NCBI GenBank assembly: GCA_015058275.1 | Contig: SVCQ01000002.1 | Location: 52,902 to 116,901 of the forward strand | Length of the DNA stretch: 64,000 nt | Origin: Clostridiales bacterium | GTDB lineage: Bacteria; Bacillota; Clostridia; Peptostreptococcales; Anaerovoracaceae | Direction of reading: 5' to 3' | Shown here: piece after piece, positions 45,123 to 54,231 of the stretch | Layout of the letters: each line of letters opens with the position of its first letter | Position numbering within the stretch: the first letter of the stretch is position 1 | The notes under the pieces: model-generated | Database searches by the model: none | The model's input: the letters and a program-made list of their open reading frames with translations, nothing else | Told to the model about the DNA's origin: nothing | Program-made: the position numbers and the translations under genes

Positions 45123-45141
45123 CACGAAAGGACATTAGTAA

Positions 45142-46719
45142 ATGGAAGCAATGCAGAGCGTAAGGGCGGCTGTCGTTGAATGGTTTGAGACCAGCTTCAA
45201 GGAGTCGGCCAAGGCAACTACCAAAACTTCAAGACTTGAGGACGGCAAGCTGAGCTACAGATTCTCCGTAGTGAATGATTCCGGCTTCAACTTCGACAAC
45301 TTCTCGTTCAAGATCAAGGTCATCAACAAGGCCACAAACGAGGAGATCGGCACGGCTACGATCAAAGCCGGAGAGTGGATGAACGGCGAAAAGAAGAACT
45401 TCAGATCCAAGCTCTCCATCCCGGATGATGTCAGGAGCCTGTCGTTTGTCATGTATGCGAATTCCCTCGAGTTCGAGGCACAGGAGACCGAAGGCGTCCA
45501 GTCCATGATGGACCAGGCGGAGGATGTCATCAGGGAGGTCGGCGAGGTCTTTGCCGGCACTGACGGAAGCGGAGTCTTCGGAGAACTCTTTGGTACCGGC
45601 GGCATGCCTGAGACAAGCAGCGCTCCAAAGACAGCGCCGAAGGCCCAGACAGCATCGAAGCCTCAGACAGCCAAAAAGACAAGCTCGCCGGGAACCGGAT
45701 CGCAGACAGCACGCAGACCGCAGGGCGGCACTACGGTGAGGACGACTACAAACACCCCGTCCTTCGCCCAGCGCAAAAACGAAAAGAAGCTCAACAAAAA
45801 GAGACTCGGCAAGTCCGGATGGACGGTCGCTACGCTTGCTACGGGACTCTTCTTCCTGCTCACAGCTGCAGGTTCCTCGGATGCCCCTGAGGCAAGGGTG
45901 GCATGCGGCATCGCAGGCGTCATAGCTCTGGCGGCTGCAGGCATCATCAAGCTGATCAACGACAGGAGAGCCAAGAGGATACGCACTTACGAGGCCAAGG
46001 TCAATCTCAACGGCAATACATACATTGACGACCTCTGCGCGGCAGTAGGCAGGCCTTACGAGAAGGTAGCCGACGAGCTCCAGCAGATGATAGTCGACGG
46101 ATTCTTCCCGGGAGCCTACGTGGACTTCAACAACAGACTCCTCGTCATGACCAGGAACGGCGAGCCTATCGAGTCCGTTGACATGTCCGTCGCAGTCAAG
46201 AACAAAGAGAAGCGCAAGAAAGCAAAAGACAAGAACGTCGCTCCTGAGTCGATCGACGATCTGATCACGATGACAGACGATGCCGAGATCAAGGCCAAGC
46301 TCAAGCAGCTCAGGACTATCACCAAAAAGATCGACGCAAGGATCGAGGAGGTCCCTGCTCTCGAAGATCAGGTCAAGGACTTCAGAGAGAAGTACTATCC
46401 TGAAGTCGTGCGCCTGACAGACGACTACAACGACAAGATCGCAGATCTCGCAGTCAAGCCGTCGGGCAAGCCTGCCGGAGAGGTCACGGAGTCGGCGAGC
46501 GGTGCTCCGGTACTCAACACCAATCCGAACTACCTCGAGGAGCAGGCTGCGGAGATCAAGACCCAGCTGATATCCCTCATCGATTCGGTAACCGAGGCTT
46601 CCGAGAACTTACTCGAGAAGCTCCATGAGGACGATATCATGGATATAAGCACAGATATAAAGATGCTGCAGACGACGCTGGCCAGCAAGGGCCTGCTCGA
46701 TTCAGACTTTGACTTATAA
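45142..46719 (+). CDS. membrane protein with C-terminal XpaC-like (5-bromo-4-chloroindolyl phosphate hydrolysis protein family) region
   Basis: N-terminal beta-rich domain, Pro/Thr/Gln-rich linker, two TM helices (WTVATLATGLFFLLTAAG, VACGIAGVIALAAAGIIKLI), then a coiled-coil region resembling XpaC. It sits immediately upstream of a TelA-like gene, like the xpaC-yaaN pair in Bacillus subtilis. Confidence 0.65.
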   Translation: MEAMQSVRAAVVEWFETSFKESAKATTKTSRLEDGKLSYRFSVVNDSGFNFDNFSFKIKVINKATNEEIGTATIKAGEWMNGEKKNFRSKLSIPDDVRSLSFVMYANSLEFEAQETEGVQSMMDQAEDVIREVGEVFAGTDGSGVFGELFGTGGMPETSSAPKTAPKAQTASKPQTAKKTSSPGTGSQTARRPQGGTTVRTTTNTPSFAQRKNEKKLNKKRLGKSGWTVATLATGLFFLLTAAGSSDAPEARVACGIAGVIALAAAGIIKLINDRRAKRIRTYEAKVNLNGNTYIDDLCAAVGRPYEKVADELQQMIVDGFFPGAYVDFNNRLLVMTRNGEPIESVDMSVAVKNKEKRKKAKDKNVAPESIDDLITMTDDAEIKAKLKQLRTITKKIDARIEEVPALEDQVKDFREKYYPEVVRLTDDYNDKIADLAVKPSGKPAGEVTESASGAPVLNTNPNYLEEQAAEIKTQLISLIDSVTEASENLLEKLHEDDIMDISTDIKMLQTTLASKGLLDSDFDL

Positions 46720-46734
46720 CACAAGGAGGACAAC

Positions 46735-47967
46735 ATGGCAGATTTTGAACTTACACCTGATGCAATCAACGAAGAGGCATCGAGCCAGACAGCACAGGCA
46801 CAGGAAGCTCTGAGGGAGACAGCAGCCCAGGCTGCGACTATCGGCATGGAGCCTGCCTTCGATCTTGAGGAGAAGAAGGCCGAAGAGGATTCGCTGGCCA
46901 AGTTCACAGCTGACGAGCAGAGGCAGATCCGTGCGGTCGCAGACAAGATCGACATCACTGACAGCAATGCAGTCATCAGCTACGGCGCGAGCGCCCAGCG
47001 CAAGGTATCCGACTTCGCAGACGGCGCGCTCCAGAGCGTAAGGACAAAGGACATGGGCGAGACAGGTCAGGTCCTCACTTCGCTTCTTGTTGAGCTCAAG
47101 ACAAACGGCGAGGAGAAGAAAGGCTTCCTCGGCAAGCTCTTCAGCAATGCCGACAAGAGCTTCGAGAGACTCAAAGCCCAGTACAGCACTACTGAGGCCA
47201 ACGTCGACAGACTCGTCAAGCTCCTCGAAGAGCACGAGCAGCAGCTCGTAAAGGACATCGTCCAGCTCGACAAGCTCTACGAAAAGAACAAACTCTACTT
47301 CAAGGAAGTATCGATGTACATCGAGGCGGGCAAGCTCGCACTCGAAAAGGCAAGGACAGAGACTCTGCCTGCACTCCAGGCCAAGGCCAAGGAGACCAAC
47401 TCGGCAGAGGACACACAGGCCGCACAGGACTTCGCAGACATGATCACGAGATTCGAAAAGAAGCTCTACGATCTCGAGCTATCGAGGACTGTATGCCTGC
47501 AGACGGCGCCTGAGATCAGGATGGTACAGAATTCAGACACCATCATGTCCGAAAAGATCCACAGCACCATCCTCAATGTCATCCCGATGTGGAAGACCCA
47601 GATGGTACTGGCGCTCAACAACTATCACACACAAAAGGCCATCGAGGCACAGAACGCAGTCACAGAGGCTACAAACGAGATGCTTCGCAAGAACGCCGAG
47701 GCTCTCCACCAGAGCACTGTTGACACAGCAAAGGCAAGCGAGAGAGGCATCGTGGATATCGAGACTCTCCAGCACACCAACGAGCAGCTGATCAGCGCTC
47801 TCGATGAGATCCAGCAGATCCAGGAGGACGGCAAGGTCGCAAGAGCATCAGCCGAGAAGGAGCTCGCAAGGATCGAGCAGGAGCTCAAGGACAAGATGCT
47901 CAACCTCGCATCCACAGCCGGAAGATCCGCAGAAGAGATCGAAGCTGCCAGAGGCCTCGACAAGTAA
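46735..47967 (+). CDS. TelA/YaaN-like toxic anion resistance family protein
   Basis: Characteristic ISYGASAQRKVSDFADGALQSVRTKDMGETG and a long helical body. Confidence 0.85.
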   Translation: MADFELTPDAINEEASSQTAQAQEALRETAAQAATIGMEPAFDLEEKKAEEDSLAKFTADEQRQIRAVADKIDITDSNAVISYGASAQRKVSDFADGALQSVRTKDMGETGQVLTSLLVELKTNGEEKKGFLGKLFSNADKSFERLKAQYSTTEANVDRLVKLLEEHEQQLVKDIVQLDKLYEKNKLYFKEVSMYIEAGKLALEKARTETLPALQAKAKETNSAEDTQAAQDFADMITRFEKKLYDLELSRTVCLQTAPEIRMVQNSDTIMSEKIHSTILNVIPMWKTQMVLALNNYHTQKAIEAQNAVTEATNEMLRKNAEALHQSTVDTAKASERGIVDIETLQHTNEQLISALDEIQQIQEDGKVARASAEKELARIEQELKDKMLNLASTAGRSAEEIEAARGLDK

Positions 47968-47977
47968 TTCGGAACTT

Positions 47978-48913
47978 ATGGACAACAAGCATCCCGTGAC
48001 AAAGAGGATCAGCAGGAGCCGGCTCATACCGGCTCTTGCTGTATTGATAATCGCTGCGGCTTTTGCGCTTGCGGGGTGCACTCTGCCAAAGACAGGGGGC
48101 GGGAGCTCTGCTGTCAAAAGCGGGCCGGCTATGCCGGACAAAAACGCAGCGGACATACAGGCGATCGATGCGGAGGCCCTGCCTGAGTACGACGGTCATC
48201 ACTACGTTACGGTGAACGGCAATGTACCGGAGTTCCCGGAGGAGATGCTGTCCGGCGAGGATGATCCTTATGAGTACTACGGTGATCTCGATGAGCTCGG
48301 GCGCTGCACTGTCGCGTACGGATATCTTGGAGAGGAGACCATGCCGGCTGAAGGCGAGGACAGAGGAGATATATCCGCGATACATCCTTCCGGCTGGGCC
48401 AAAGCCCAGGGATGGGAGCGCTGCCACCTCATAGCGTGGGCTCTCGGAGCGGAGAACGCCAACGAAGGCAATCTGGTCACAGGCACACACTACCTCAACT
48501 ACGACGGCATGAGACCGTTCGAGGAGGAAGTGGAGCATTACATATGGAACACCGGGAACCACGTGCTGTACATGTCAAAGCCGTGGTATCAGGGGGACGA
48601 GCTCGTCCCGCGCGGAGTCCAGATGATCGCACAGTCGGCAGAAGACGGGGGCAGAGGGATATCCTTCAATATCTACTGCTTCAACGTTACTCCGAATGCG
48701 GAGATAGATTACAACACCGGCATCGTCACGACCGAAGAGCAGGCGGCTCAGGCGCCGAGGCTCTACGTTATCAATAAGCGCTCGGGTGTGTTCCATTATC
48801 CGAGCTGCGACGGGGTCAAAGAGATGCACCCTCAGAACCGTGAGGAGGTCACGGCTACCAGGAAGGAACTTACAGACAAGGGGTATGTGCCGTGCGGCTA
48901 CTGTGAGCCGTAG
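47978..48913 (+). CDS. secreted lipoprotein DNA/RNA non-specific endonuclease (DNA-entry nuclease/EndA-like) with C-terminal Ada-type Zn motif
   Basis: ATG 47978 gives a signal peptide with lipobox LAGC. Nuclease core RCHLIAWALGAENANEGNLVTGTHYLN. C-terminus FHYPSCDGV...GYVPCGYCEP. The ORF-track start 47804 overlaps the TelA gene and is rejected. Confidence 0.8.
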   Translation: MDNKHPVTKRISRSRLIPALAVLIIAAAFALAGCTLPKTGGGSSAVKSGPAMPDKNAADIQAIDAEALPEYDGHHYVTVNGNVPEFPEEMLSGEDDPYEYYGDLDELGRCTVAYGYLGEETMPAEGEDRGDISAIHPSGWAKAQGWERCHLIAWALGAENANEGNLVTGTHYLNYDGMRPFEEEVEHYIWNTGNHVLYMSKPWYQGDELVPRGVQMIAQSAEDGGRGISFNIYCFNVTPNAEIDYNTGIVTTEEQAAQAPRLYVINKRSGVFHYPSCDGVKEMHPQNREEVTATRKELTDKGYVPCGYCEP

Positions 48914-48926
48914 GCATCGGAGGCAA

Positions 48927-51641
48927 ATGAATTCAAACAATAATACTGTAAGCGAAGAAAGACGCAAATACTTTATTGAGAATCTCGACAGGGCACTCGA
49001 CGAGGGCTGGATCGTGCTTTATTACCAGCCTGTCATTCGCGGCTCCAACGAGAGGATCTGCTTTGAGGAGGCGCTTGCCAGATGGGTCGAGCCGGGTAAA
49101 CCGATGGCCCTGCCTGACGAGTTCATCCCGGTGCTTGAGGACGAGGGCATAGTCCACAGGATCGATCTTTACATGATCGATCAGATCCTCAGTAACTTCA
49201 GGATAAGGGAAGCATCGGGACTTCAGCTTCTCCCGGTATCGGTCAACCTGTCAAGATGCGACTTCGACGGCGTGAATCTCGCCGAGGAGATACGCAGCAG
49301 GGTGGACGGAGCCGGCATAGACAGGAGCATGCTCTATCTTGAGATCACCGAGTCGGTGCTCGGCAGCGACTTCGATTACATGAGTTCCGAGATCAAAAAG
49401 CTGCGCGACATGGGCTTCAAGGTCTGCCTCGATGACTTCGGCAGCGGATATTCATCGCTCAGCTTCCTCAAGAACATCGATGTGGACATCATCAAGCTCG
49501 ACCTCAACTTCATGAAGGAGTTCAGGACAAACGAAAAGACCCGCATCATAGTCTCTCAGCTGATGAGGCTCGTATCATCGCTCGCCATCGATTCCGTTGC
49601 CGAGGGTGTGGAGAACCCGGACGAGTTTGAGTTCCTCAAGGAATCCGGCTGCTCCAAGATGCAGGGCTATTACTTCTGCGAGCCGCTCAGGCTCGAGGAG
49701 ATCATCGAGCACAACACCAGAGGGGATCTCACCTTCTACATCGAGAACCCGGAAGAGTCCGATTATTATGAGAAGATAGGCAGGGTCAGCCTGTTCAGTC
49801 TCGACGGAGACACCGAGGAGACCGGCCTTCTCAGCAAGTATTTTGACACGATCCCTGTTGCCATACTCGAATACAACGGGGAGAGTGTTCATCTGGTGCG
49901 CTGCAATCACAGCTACAAGAAGTTCCTCTCAGACACCTTCGGAGTGAGCGGGGATGATCTCGGAGGAGATCACGCTCCTGCACTTCACAGGAGTAAAGCG
50001 GGGATATTCGAGCTCTTCAAACGCAGCCGCAATATGGACAGGCGTCTGCTCTTTGAGGAGAGGATAAGCGACAAGGCCACCATAAACGGCTTCATCAGAC
50101 ACACAGCCGACAATGAGATCACAGGGTACTCGGCATATACGCTGGCCATACTTAAGAGCAAGGACTTCGAAAGCAACTCCGGAGTATCTTTCGCTCTTGC
50201 GGCCAAGGCCCTTTCGGCAGACTACATCCATCTTTACTACGTAAATGACAAGACGGATGAGTTCACGGAGTACAATCCGGATGCCAGCATCGGCAATCTG
50301 TCTGTAGAGAGGAGAGGCAGCGACTTCTTTAACGCCAGCATCAGAGATGCCGAGACGGCCGTCCATCCGGATGATCGCGAGACATTCAAAATGGAGTTCA
50401 GCAAGGAGTACGTCCTCAGGATACTCGAACTGGAGGGGACATACTCGCTGTCATACAGGCTCATGAAGGACGGCGAACCGCTCTACGTCAACATGAAGGC
50501 CGTCAGGATCGACAGCGATCACATAGTCATAGGCGTCAACAACGTGGACTCCTACATGCGTCACAAGGAGGAGCTCGAAAGAGCCCAGGAAGAGAGCCTC
50601 GCCTACGCAAGGATCTCCGCTCTGTCGGGAGACTTCATCGCAATGTACACGGTCGATCCGGATACGGACGGCTATATGGAATACAGCTCCACCGGCGGGT
50701 ATGAGGACCTCGGATTGGCCAAGACAGGACAGGATTTCTTCGGAGAGACGAGAAGGCTGGCGGGGGATATCATCCACGCAGAGGATCTCGAAGGCTTCAA
50801 GCTGCTCTTCACCAAGGATAATGTCCTGCGGGATATAGAGGACAACGGCCTCTTTGAATTCAATTACAGGATGATGATCGGGGACGAGGCGGTGCATGTC
50901 TCGCTCAAGGCAGCCATGGTGGAGGAGAAGACCGGGCAGAGGATCATAGTCGGTATCAGTAATATCGACGAGAGGATAAAGCGCAGTCAGGAATACGAGA
51001 CTTCCCTCCGTGAGGCCAGAGAGATGATCATGGTCGACAGCCTGACGGGCGTCAAAAACAAGCACGCGTATCTCGACGCAGAGACCGAGCTCGACGAACA
51101 GATCGAGGAGGGCAGGGCGTCCGAGTTCGCGATCGTTATCATGGATCTCAACGGACTCAAGGACATAAATGACACTCACGGACACAAGACGGGAGACAAT
51201 TTCCTCAAAGCCGGATGCCGTGCCATCACAGATATATTCGGCAAGGACTCGATATACCGCGTTGGAGGAGACGAATTCGTCTTTATCGCCAAAGGACAGG
51301 ATTACGAACGTGTCGATGAGCTGGTCAAAAAGATGAATATCCATAATGAGCGCTGCATAGATAACAGGAAGCTCTTCGGGACAAACGCGGCCTGCGCGGA
51401 TGTGAACAAAAAGGCGATGGCCCGGAGGATGACCATAGCCGCGGGAAGCTATGACAGGGACAGCAGGGCCGTGAGAGACTACACCGACGCAAGCGCGGGA
51501 CAGATCTTCAGATTTGATCCGGCGGATGTCGTGATCGCATGCGGCATGGCCAGATTTGAAGGAGACGCGAGCGTAGCAGATGTATTCGACAGAGCAGACC
51601 TTGCGATGTTCGAAAATAAAAAAGCTCTCAAGAGCAGGTAA
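48927..51641 (+). CDS. c-di-GMP turnover protein, EAL domain - sensor region - GGDEF domain
   Basis: The EAL domain comes first (YYQPV, LYLEITES, DDFGSGYSSLSFL, IKLD, VAEGVEN, QGYYFCEP). PAS-like repeats sit in the middle, and a C-terminal GGDEF domain has an intact RVGGDEF. ATG 48927 lies after GGAGG. The ORF-track start 48786 is rejected. Confidence 0.86.
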   Translation: MNSNNNTVSEERRKYFIENLDRALDEGWIVLYYQPVIRGSNERICFEEALARWVEPGKPMALPDEFIPVLEDEGIVHRIDLYMIDQILSNFRIREASGLQLLPVSVNLSRCDFDGVNLAEEIRSRVDGAGIDRSMLYLEITESVLGSDFDYMSSEIKKLRDMGFKVCLDDFGSGYSSLSFLKNIDVDIIKLDLNFMKEFRTNEKTRIIVSQLMRLVSSLAIDSVAEGVENPDEFEFLKESGCSKMQGYYFCEPLRLEEIIEHNTRGDLTFYIENPEESDYYEKIGRVSLFSLDGDTEETGLLSKYFDTIPVAILEYNGESVHLVRCNHSYKKFLSDTFGVSGDDLGGDHAPALHRSKAGIFELFKRSRNMDRRLLFEERISDKATINGFIRHTADNEITGYSAYTLAILKSKDFESNSGVSFALAAKALSADYIHLYYVNDKTDEFTEYNPDASIGNLSVERRGSDFFNASIRDAETAVHPDDRETFKMEFSKEYVLRILELEGTYSLSYRLMKDGEPLYVNMKAVRIDSDHIVIGVNNVDSYMRHKEELERAQEESLAYARISALSGDFIAMYTVDPDTDGYMEYSSTGGYEDLGLAKTGQDFFGETRRLAGDIIHAEDLEGFKLLFTKDNVLRDIEDNGLFEFNYRMMIGDEAVHVSLKAAMVEEKTGQRIIVGISNIDERIKRSQEYETSLREAREMIMVDSLTGVKNKHAYLDAETELDEQIEEGRASEFAIVIMDLNGLKDINDTHGHKTGDNFLKAGCRAITDIFGKDSIYRVGGDEFVFIAKGQDYERVDELVKKMNIHNERCIDNRKLFGTNAACADVNKKAMARRMTIAAGSYDRDSRAVRDYTDASAGQIFRFDPADVVIACGMARFEGDASVADVFDRADLAMFENKKALKSR

Positions 51642-51655
51642 AGGAGACTAAGGAT

Positions 51656-52468
51656 ATGGCATCAGGGAGGATGGAATTCCATGCTGACAGCATAATGCAG
51701 CATGCCAACTTCAGCTTCGTTCTTCCGAACGACGTGGAGATGGAAGAGGTCTATGACCATAGTTATTATGACAGGGAGCCGATGAACCTCATACTGCTTC
51801 ACGGCCTTACCGGGACGGATACCGACTGGCTGTACGGCGGAGTGGCTCAGCTCATGGCGATACAGTACAACGTCAACATCTTTATGCCGACTACAGGCAA
51901 TTCGTTCTACCTCGATGCGGGATATAAGGGAGGCAATTACGCCACCTTTATCGCGGAGGAGCTCCCGGAGTATATCGGGAAGACCTTCGGCATCGGGTTC
52001 AGAAAGGACAACACCATGATAGGCGGGCTCTCGATGGGAGGCTACGGCACTCTCCATACGGCGCTCAGCTATCCGGACAAGTTCTGCGCCGCCATAGCGC
52101 TTTCGTCTGCGATGGTTGTAAAGGATATCGCGGATGATACCAATCCCGAGATCAGCAGCGTGCTCCCGGAGAAGATGAAGAGACATCTCTTCGGAGATCC
52201 GGCGGAGCTTCTCGCTTCGGACAAAAACCCGGAATATCTGTACAAAAAGGTAAAGGCAGAGGGTGCGGACATACCGTACATCTACCTCGCGGTCGGCACA
52301 GAGGACAATCTCCTTGATGCGAACCGCAGATTCCGCGACTTCCTCAAGGCAGAGGGTGCGGACTTCTTCTATGAAGATGGTCCGGGAAGACACGACTGGC
52401 AGTTCTGGAACAAATATATAGACAGAGGACTTAAGAAGGTCCTGGAGGTAGGCTATGCTGTGCGATAA
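51656..52468 (+). CDS. esterase family alpha/beta hydrolase
   Basis: Nucleophile elbow GLSMGGYG. Layout resembles putative esterase (esterase D/tributyrin esterase) proteins. Confidence 0.78.
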   Translation: MASGRMEFHADSIMQHANFSFVLPNDVEMEEVYDHSYYDREPMNLILLHGLTGTDTDWLYGGVAQLMAIQYNVNIFMPTTGNSFYLDAGYKGGNYATFIAEELPEYIGKTFGIGFRKDNTMIGGLSMGGYGTLHTALSYPDKFCAAIALSSAMVVKDIADDTNPEISSVLPEKMKRHLFGDPAELLASDKNPEYLYKKVKAEGADIPYIYLAVGTEDNLLDANRRFRDFLKAEGADFFYEDGPGRHDWQFWNKYIDRGLKKVLEVGYAVR

Positions 52469-54062
52469 ATACAGGGAATTCGGCAAGTGGATCATCTATC
52501 AGATCTATCCGCGCAGCTTCATGGATGCGAACGGTGACGGCATAGGCGATCTGCAGGGTATCATAAGCAGGCTCGACCATATCAGGGAACTCGGCTGCAA
52601 TGCCGTGTGGCTCTGCCCGTGCTTCAAAAGTCCCAATGAGGACAACGGATATGATATCGCCGACTACAGAGATATCATGGACGAGTTCGGTACCATGGAG
52701 GATATGGACGAGCTGATCGAAGCCCTCCACAGCCGCGGGATGAAGCTCATACTCGACCTCGTGCCTAACCACACATCGACGGATCACAGGTGGTTCCGCG
52801 AATCAAGGAAGGGCAGGGACAATCCGTACAGCGATTACTACTACTGGTACGATGAGATCCCCAATGACTGGAAGTCCTGCTTCGGCGGAAGCGCCTGGCA
52901 GTACGACGAGCAAAGAGGTCAGTACTATCTCCACTCATTCGCGGTGGGGCAGGCGGACCTCAACTGGGAGAACCCTGCGGTAGTTAAGGAGATGCAGGAC
53001 ATCGTTGACTTCTGGGCCGCGAAGGGCTGCGACGGATTCAGGGTGGATGTCATCGACTGCATATCCAAGAATTTCGAGACAGGGGAGAACGGCCTCGGGC
53101 CGCGTCTCCACGAGTATATAAGGGCACTCTTCGGACGCCGGGAAGCCGCGCATCTCTTTACTGTAGGCGAAGGGCATACAAACGATCCGGAGGACTTTGT
53201 GCTGCACTGCGCAGCTGAGAGAGGCGAGCTCTCAACGCTCTTCATCTTCGATCACATGGAGTGCGGACGCAAGGACAAGTTCACACCTAAGGCAGACAGC
53301 CTCGCTTCGCTCAGAGACTATCTGGTGAAATGGCAGGGGATCTCCGCTGACAATGATCTGCTGTACAGCCTCTTTACAGACAATCACGATCAGCCTCAGA
53401 TGATCTCGCGCATAGGCAATGACCGCGGGCTGCGCTATGAATCGGCAACGGACATTGCCATGATGGTGTACCTCCTCAAGGGAGTGCCGTTCATATATCA
53501 GGGTCAGGAGATCGGCATGCCGGCTTCATATACCTCAAGCATCGCAGACTTCGACGATGTCGAGTGCCTCGGCGTCTACAGGGAGATGGACAAAAGCCTG
53601 AGCGAGGAAGAAAAGCTCGAAAAGGTCAACTTCGGAAGCCGCGACAACGTGCGCCATCCGATGGCCTGGGATGGCAGCGCCAATAACGGATTCACAGGAG
53701 ATGCTGTAAAGCCGTGGCTCGCGCCTCACGCAAGGGGAGCCGAGGTCAATCTGGCGGCCGACCTCGCTTCGGACAGATCCGTCTTTAGATTTTACAGGGA
53801 TCTCCTCGCGCTGCGCTCGGCGGAGGACGCCTTTACAGACGGGGACTTCGAAGTCATATCGAAGCCTGAGGATCCGTACTTCGTATTTACGAGGACTCTC
53901 GGGGGCGAGAGCTGGGCTGTGGTATGCAACTTCGAAGAGGATCAGGAGATAAGACTCCCGTTCGAATGTGAGTCTCCGAGGCTCTCAAATCTGGGCCGCG
54001 GGGAGATAGAGGGGAAGTACATGCCTTACGAGTGCGCTGCGGCAAAACTCATCTCTTTTTGA
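52455..54062 (+). CDS. GH13 alpha-glucosidase / oligo-1,6-glucosidase family
   Basis: YQIYPRSFMDANGDGIGDLQG, DLVPNHTS, GFRVDVI (nucleophile Asp), TVGEG, NHDQP. Confidence 0.9.
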   Translation: MLCDKYREFGKWIIYQIYPRSFMDANGDGIGDLQGIISRLDHIRELGCNAVWLCPCFKSPNEDNGYDIADYRDIMDEFGTMEDMDELIEALHSRGMKLILDLVPNHTSTDHRWFRESRKGRDNPYSDYYYWYDEIPNDWKSCFGGSAWQYDEQRGQYYLHSFAVGQADLNWENPAVVKEMQDIVDFWAAKGCDGFRVDVIDCISKNFETGENGLGPRLHEYIRALFGRREAAHLFTVGEGHTNDPEDFVLHCAAERGELSTLFIFDHMECGRKDKFTPKADSLASLRDYLVKWQGISADNDLLYSLFTDNHDQPQMISRIGNDRGLRYESATDIAMMVYLLKGVPFIYQGQEIGMPASYTSSIADFDDVECLGVYREMDKSLSEEEKLEKVNFGSRDNVRHPMAWDGSANNGFTGDAVKPWLAPHARGAEVNLAADLASDRSVFRFYRDLLALRSAEDAFTDGDFEVISKPEDPYFVFTRTLGGESWAVVCNFEEDQEIRLPFECESPRLSNLGRGEIEGKYMPYECAAAKLISF

Positions 54063-54095
54063 AACGATTTGTCAACAATGAATTAATAAAAAACA

Positions 54096-54141
54096 AACGG
54101 GGGAAATTTGTGTTTGTTTATATACATAACCCCGTTTTTAT
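54096..54141 (+). terminator. probable terminator after the GH13 gene
   Basis: AACGGGG (54096-54102) pairs with CCCCGTT (54130-54136) across a long loop, followed by TTTTTA. A nested AAACAAAC/GTTTGTTT helix is an alternative. Confidence 0.45.
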
Positions 54142-54231
54142 TGTAGAATTGGCACAATAGATTCGCCGGGCCGCTGATGCGAATCCGGGGATTGAAGGTT
54201 ATCTCTTATTCATTCACTTAGGAGGATTTTT

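Noticed and set aside
47804-47977. ORF-track 5' extensions that overlap upstream genes: 47804 for the nuclease, 48786 for the EAL-GGDEF gene, 61468 for GH32, 40303 for livH, 39073 for livJ, 33842 for the mutase and 25372 for ntpE.
   Set aside because: The downstream ATG codons have proper SD spacing and yield sensible N-termini (lipoprotein signal peptides or conserved family N-termini). The extensions are Arg-rich read-through of the preceding gene or leader.
54060-54074. cre/LacI-operator-like TGAAACGATTTGTCA overlapping the GH13 stop codon.
   Set aside because: It is 15 nt rather than the 14-nt palindrome TGWAANCGNTNWCA, and the half-sites are asymmetric. Its position at a gene end rather than at a promoter is also not convincing.
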